This document shows positions 61,583 to 64,000 of a stretch of DNA of 64,000 nucleotides, one piece after another. A program made the position numbers and the translations under genes. Under the pieces are notes generated by a model that was not told the DNA's origin, did no database searches, and worked only from the letters and a program-made list of their open reading frames with translations. The number at the start of each line of letters is the position of its first letter. Position 1 is the stretch's first letter. The stretch covers positions 987,097-1,051,096 of the forward strand of contig CBDCVR010000015.1 of NCBI GenBank assembly GCA_965223155.1. The letters are read 5' to 3'. This stretch comes from Candidatus Multivoradales bacterium. GTDB taxonomy: Bacteria > Acidobacteriota > Thermoanaerobaculia > Multivoradales > JAHEKO01.

Positions 61583-61715
61583 GGACAGAAGGCGACGAAG
61601 GGTTCCGGCAGATCTGCGGCACCCGACCCAACGCCTTATCGCTGCTCCCTTCCGGGCCTGACGAGGTTCGTCGCGGGTCGCTGCACAGGGCCCGAACCCT
61701 TCGTGGCCTTCTGCC
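61583..61715 (-). ncRNA. ffs: Signal recognition particle RNA (small 4.5S/ffs type), immediately upstream of dnaX
   Basis: Minus-strand sequence CGTCAGGCCCGGAAGGGAGCAGCG matches the SRP RNA domain IV consensus (GUCAGGUCCGGAAGGAAGCAGC). It is embedded in a long imperfect hairpin, with 5' GGCAGAAGGCCACGAAGGGTTC pairing to 3' GAACCCTTCGTCGCCTTCTGTCC. The scr-dnaX-ybaB-recR order mirrors Bacillus. The exact ends are approximate. Confidence 0.7.
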
Positions 61716-61804
61716 CGGTCTCATGCTACACGGTTTTCCCACCCTCTGCCTTCCGCTACACTACCCCGCCCGGCGTCCCCGGCAGGGGCGACGGAGGAGG
61801 ACCT

Positions 61805-62266
61805 TTGAACGACGAGCGCTTCATGGCCGAGGCCCTGGCCGAAGCCAGACGGGGGGAGGCACTAGGCGAGGTTCCGGTGGGCGCGGTCATCGTTCGCGGC
61901 GATCGCGTCATCGGGAGGGGCGGCAACCGGCGCGAGCGCGACGGCGACCCTCTGGCGCACGCCGAGCTCCGGGCGATCGCCTCGGCGGTCTCCGAGCTGC
62001 CGAGCTGGCGCTTCGAAGGGTGTACGATGTTTGTCACCCTGGAGCCGTGTGCGATGTGCGCGGGGGCTTTGACAAACAGCCGGTTCGACCGGCTCGTCTT
62101 CGGAGCATGGGACCCCAAGGCCGGGTTTTGCGGCAGCCTGGGAAATCTGGTCGAGGACGAGCGGCTGAACCACCGGCTTGAGGTTCGGGCGGGCGTGCTG
62201 GCGGACGAGTGCGGCAAACTGCTGACCGACTTCTTCGTCCGGCTCCGCGACCGCCGAGCTCATTGA
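61805..62266 (+). CDS. tadA: tRNA adenosine(34) deaminase TadA
   Basis: TTG start with GGAGGAGG 5 nt upstream. CDA motifs HAELRAI and PCAMCAGAL. The longer listed ORF (61703) would overlap ffs. Confidence 0.85.
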   Translation: MNDERFMAEALAEARRGEALGEVPVGAVIVRGDRVIGRGGNRRERDGDPLAHAELRAIASAVSELPSWRFEGCTMFVTLEPCAMCAGALTNSRFDRLVFGAWDPKAGFCGSLGNLVEDERLNHRLEVRAGVLADECGKLLTDFFVRLRDRRAH

Positions 62267-62278
62267 GTTTCGTTTCGA

Positions 62279-62369
<91 letters not shown>

Positions 62370-62370
62370 T

Positions 62371-62389
62371 GGCTTCTCGTGGAGAAGCC
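62371..62389 (+). other. Perfect 8-bp hairpin directly 3' of tRNA-Ser(GGA)
   Basis: GGCTTCTC-gtg-GAGAAGCC; no U-tract; possible processing or terminator element. Confidence 0.4.
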
Positions 62390-62566
62390 CTGGCGTCGCG
62401 GGTGCGCTTCGGTCGCGTCCCTCCGGGTTGCCTTGGATTGGGGCAGGCCTCGAGCCAGCGTGCGCCCGAATGAGCTTGGAGCGAATCCCGGTCTTTAGGA
62501 TTCTGGAGATGGCGGTGTCTCGGTACTTGACCGAGAAGCCCTGGCGTCGCGGGTGCGCTTCGGTCG
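62382..62566. repeat. Two perfect 34-bp direct-repeat copies (62382-62415 and 62533-62566) between the two tRNA-Ser genes
   Basis: gagaagccctggcgtcgcgggtgcgcttcggtcg occurs twice, and each copy is preceded by a short hairpin. Confidence 0.8.
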
Positions 62567-62748
62567 AGTCCGACAAGGAATGTCGTGTGTACGGCGTCCG
62601 CGCGAGCTGAGCGCAAGACTGAGCCGTTGGGCTGGGCCGAGTTGAAGAGGGTTCCAGGGGACGCCGGAGCGCGAGTCCTTTCGACTCGGAGGCGAAATCC
62701 CGTAAACTCGCCGTCCGGCGCGCGCCGCCGGCTGTTCTATCGACCGTA

Positions 62749-62838
62749 GGAGAGGTGCCGGAGTGGTCGAACGGGGCGGTCTCGAAAACCGTTGACCGTG
62801 CAAGCGGTCCGTGGGTTCGAATCCCACCCTCTCCGCCA
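62749..62838 (+). tRNA. tRNA-Ser (anticodon CGA)
   Basis: GGAGAGGTGCCGGAGTGG ... anticodon loop CUCGAAA, long variable arm, T-loop GGTTCGAATCC, encoded CCA. Confidence 0.85.
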
Positions 62839-63014
62839 TGCCTTCCTCTGAGACACCATGGCTTGGAGCGCTCAGAGGAGGAGTGCAAAGCGGAGGCTGA
62901 GAAGGCACTCTGGCGTTGAGAGTCGGAGGACGTGCTACCCTGACAAGGGCGCAAGCTGAGCGTAAGAAGGGCCGATCCTGTAGTAGAATGAAGCAAGCAG
63001 AATCCAAAGTGCAG

Positions 63015-63707
63015 ATGTCTTCTCTTCTAGGAATGGGGATCTACTCGGTTCCTGAAGCCGCACGGCTCGCTGGAACCAGTGCACAAGTCATTCATCGTTG
63101 GCTTTGGGGGTACCGGTACCGTTTCGCAGGAAACCTGTTTCATTCTGAGCCGCTGTGGAAACCTGAGCTTCCAGACCTGGATGGGGACCGCGCGGTCAGC
63201 TTTCGAGATCTCATGGAAATTCGTTTCGTTCAGACCTTTCGGTCCCATGGGGTGAGTCTGCAGTCGATTCGGCGTGCCCTGGCTCGGGCGAAAGAACTCT
63301 GGGAAGACGACGAGTATCCTTTCCTGTCGCTCAAGTTCAAGAGCGATGGGAAGGCGATTTTCGCTGCTGCCGCGAAGAACCGAGATGAAGAAGAGATAGT
63401 GTTCAACGTATTGACCGGCCAGCTGTTCGAGGAGCGCTTCCTGCAACGGCCGCTGTACGAAGGCCTTGAGTACGATCATTTCGACAAGCTTCGTCGTTGG
63501 TGGCCCCTGGGCCTAGACAGAAGTATCGTTCTTGACCCGAAGCGGCGATTCGGCCAGCCAATTACCAAAGAAGAGGGCGTCCCAACGAAAGTACTGGCGG
63601 CAGCGTTTATCGCGGATCGGTCAAGACACGCTGTGGCAGATTGGTACCAAGTTGGCGTACAGGCCGTTGACGATGCGGTGGAGTTTGAACAGCTGTTGGC
63701 CGCGTGA
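63015..63707 (+). CDS. Putative antitoxin-like protein: N-terminal HTH-like region plus a C-terminal DUF433-like domain
   Basis: Lower-GC region. The C-terminal GQPITKEEGVPTKVLAAAFIADRSRHAVADWYQVGVQAVDDAVEFEQLL resembles the DUF433 pattern (G.P.I.GTRI.V ... Y..L..E.I..AL.Y). N-terminal YSVPEAARLAGTSAQVIHRWL is HTH-like. Start could be 62988 or 63015 (ORF track 62916). Confidence 0.45.
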   Translation: MSSLLGMGIYSVPEAARLAGTSAQVIHRWLWGYRYRFAGNLFHSEPLWKPELPDLDGDRAVSFRDLMEIRFVQTFRSHGVSLQSIRRALARAKELWEDDEYPFLSLKFKSDGKAIFAAAAKNRDEEEIVFNVLTGQLFEERFLQRPLYEGLEYDHFDKLRRWWPLGLDRSIVLDPKRRFGQPITKEEGVPTKVLAAAFIADRSRHAVADWYQVGVQAVDDAVEFEQLLAA

Positions 63708-64000
63708 GGTTCTTTTTCGACAACGATCTGCCTCCAGCATGGCCGGTCATGTTGGGCGCTCTTTATTCACCCGAGGGCCATGAGTTTCAGCACCTTCGAG
63801 ACAAGTTCGACCCTGGCGACACCGATGAGGAGTGGATACCGAGACTGGCTGCCGAGGGCGAATGGATTGTTGTATCGGGAGACTTCGGAATTCGATCCAA
63901 GAGGACTTGGCTTGCGGCCGGATTGACCACCTTCTTCTTGAATCGTTCCTGGTTCAAGAACGAGACGCTTGCTCGTCACGACATGAGCTGGCGCCTGCTA
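63704..64000 (+). CDS. DUF5615-family PIN-like protein (putative toxin partner of the DUF433 protein), 3'-truncated by the window end
   Basis: GTG start overlapping the upstream stop (GTGA). VRFFFDNDLPPAWPVMLGALYSPEGHEFQHLRD ... WIVVSGDFGI matches the DUF5615 N-terminal pattern (MRFLFDENLP...). Not in the ORF track because no stop falls within the window. Confidence 0.5.
   Translation, partial: MRFFFDNDLPPAWPVMLGALYSPEGHEFQHLRDKFDPGDTDEEWIPRLAAEGEWIVVSGDFGIRSKRTWLAAGLTTFFLNRSWFKNETLARHDMSWRLL

Noticed and set aside
62416-62532. Possible third (degenerate) tRNA or tRNA pseudogene between the two tRNA-Ser genes (GAATCCC-like T-loop fragment near 62485)
   Set aside because: No acceptor stem or anticodon arm could be folded around the fragment. 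Treated as spacer with duplicated segments only.

Overview
This is a high-GC (roughly 68-70%) bacterial chromosomal segment. It is most consistent with an Acidobacteriota-type genome: there is an acidobacterial-style VWA protein and Gram-negative envelope genes. Because of the GC content, many of the long ORFs in the six-frame track are antisense artefacts, and I picked frames by protein-likeness and conserved motifs.

The window spans the replication-origin neighbourhood. On the minus strand lie dnaA, dnaN, recF, gyrB and gyrA, followed by mutY on the plus strand. DnaA-box-like motifs and AT-rich tracts flank dnaA. There is a Bacillus-like ffs(SRP RNA)-dnaX-ybaB-recR block. The cell-shape operon (FecR-like)-mreB-mreC-mreD-mrdA-rodA-rng is present, as are ruvAB, fpg, ppiD, an Lhr helicase, tadA, and two tRNA-Ser genes.

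The most notable accessory content is an organoarsenical (arsenosugar-type) biosynthesis locus. A DUF2064/TIGR04282-like transferase, ArsM and ArsS (radical SAM with a Cys-rich tail) are encoded together, with arsM and arsS translationally coupled. Flanking them are a divergent B12-binding radical SAM enzyme, an intergenic decamer repeat array, a metallophosphoesterase and a flavoprotein.

Other unusual signals:
- A family of 9-bp tandem repeats (GCTGGCTCC / CCGATCGCT) is inserted in-frame into at least six unrelated genes, including an identical 28-bp copy in two genes.
- A lipopolysaccharide-kinase-like domain is fused to a glycoside-hydrolase-like TIM barrel.
- An M20 dipeptidase-CYTH-nucleotidyltransferase-HAD operon is tightly coupled.
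- A cNMP-binding/AAA_28 ATPase/DUF4157 zincin trio has divergent genes whose starts overlap.
- A lower-GC insertion next to duplicated tRNA-Ser sequence carries a DUF433-like/DUF5615 PIN-like toxin-antitoxin-type pair.
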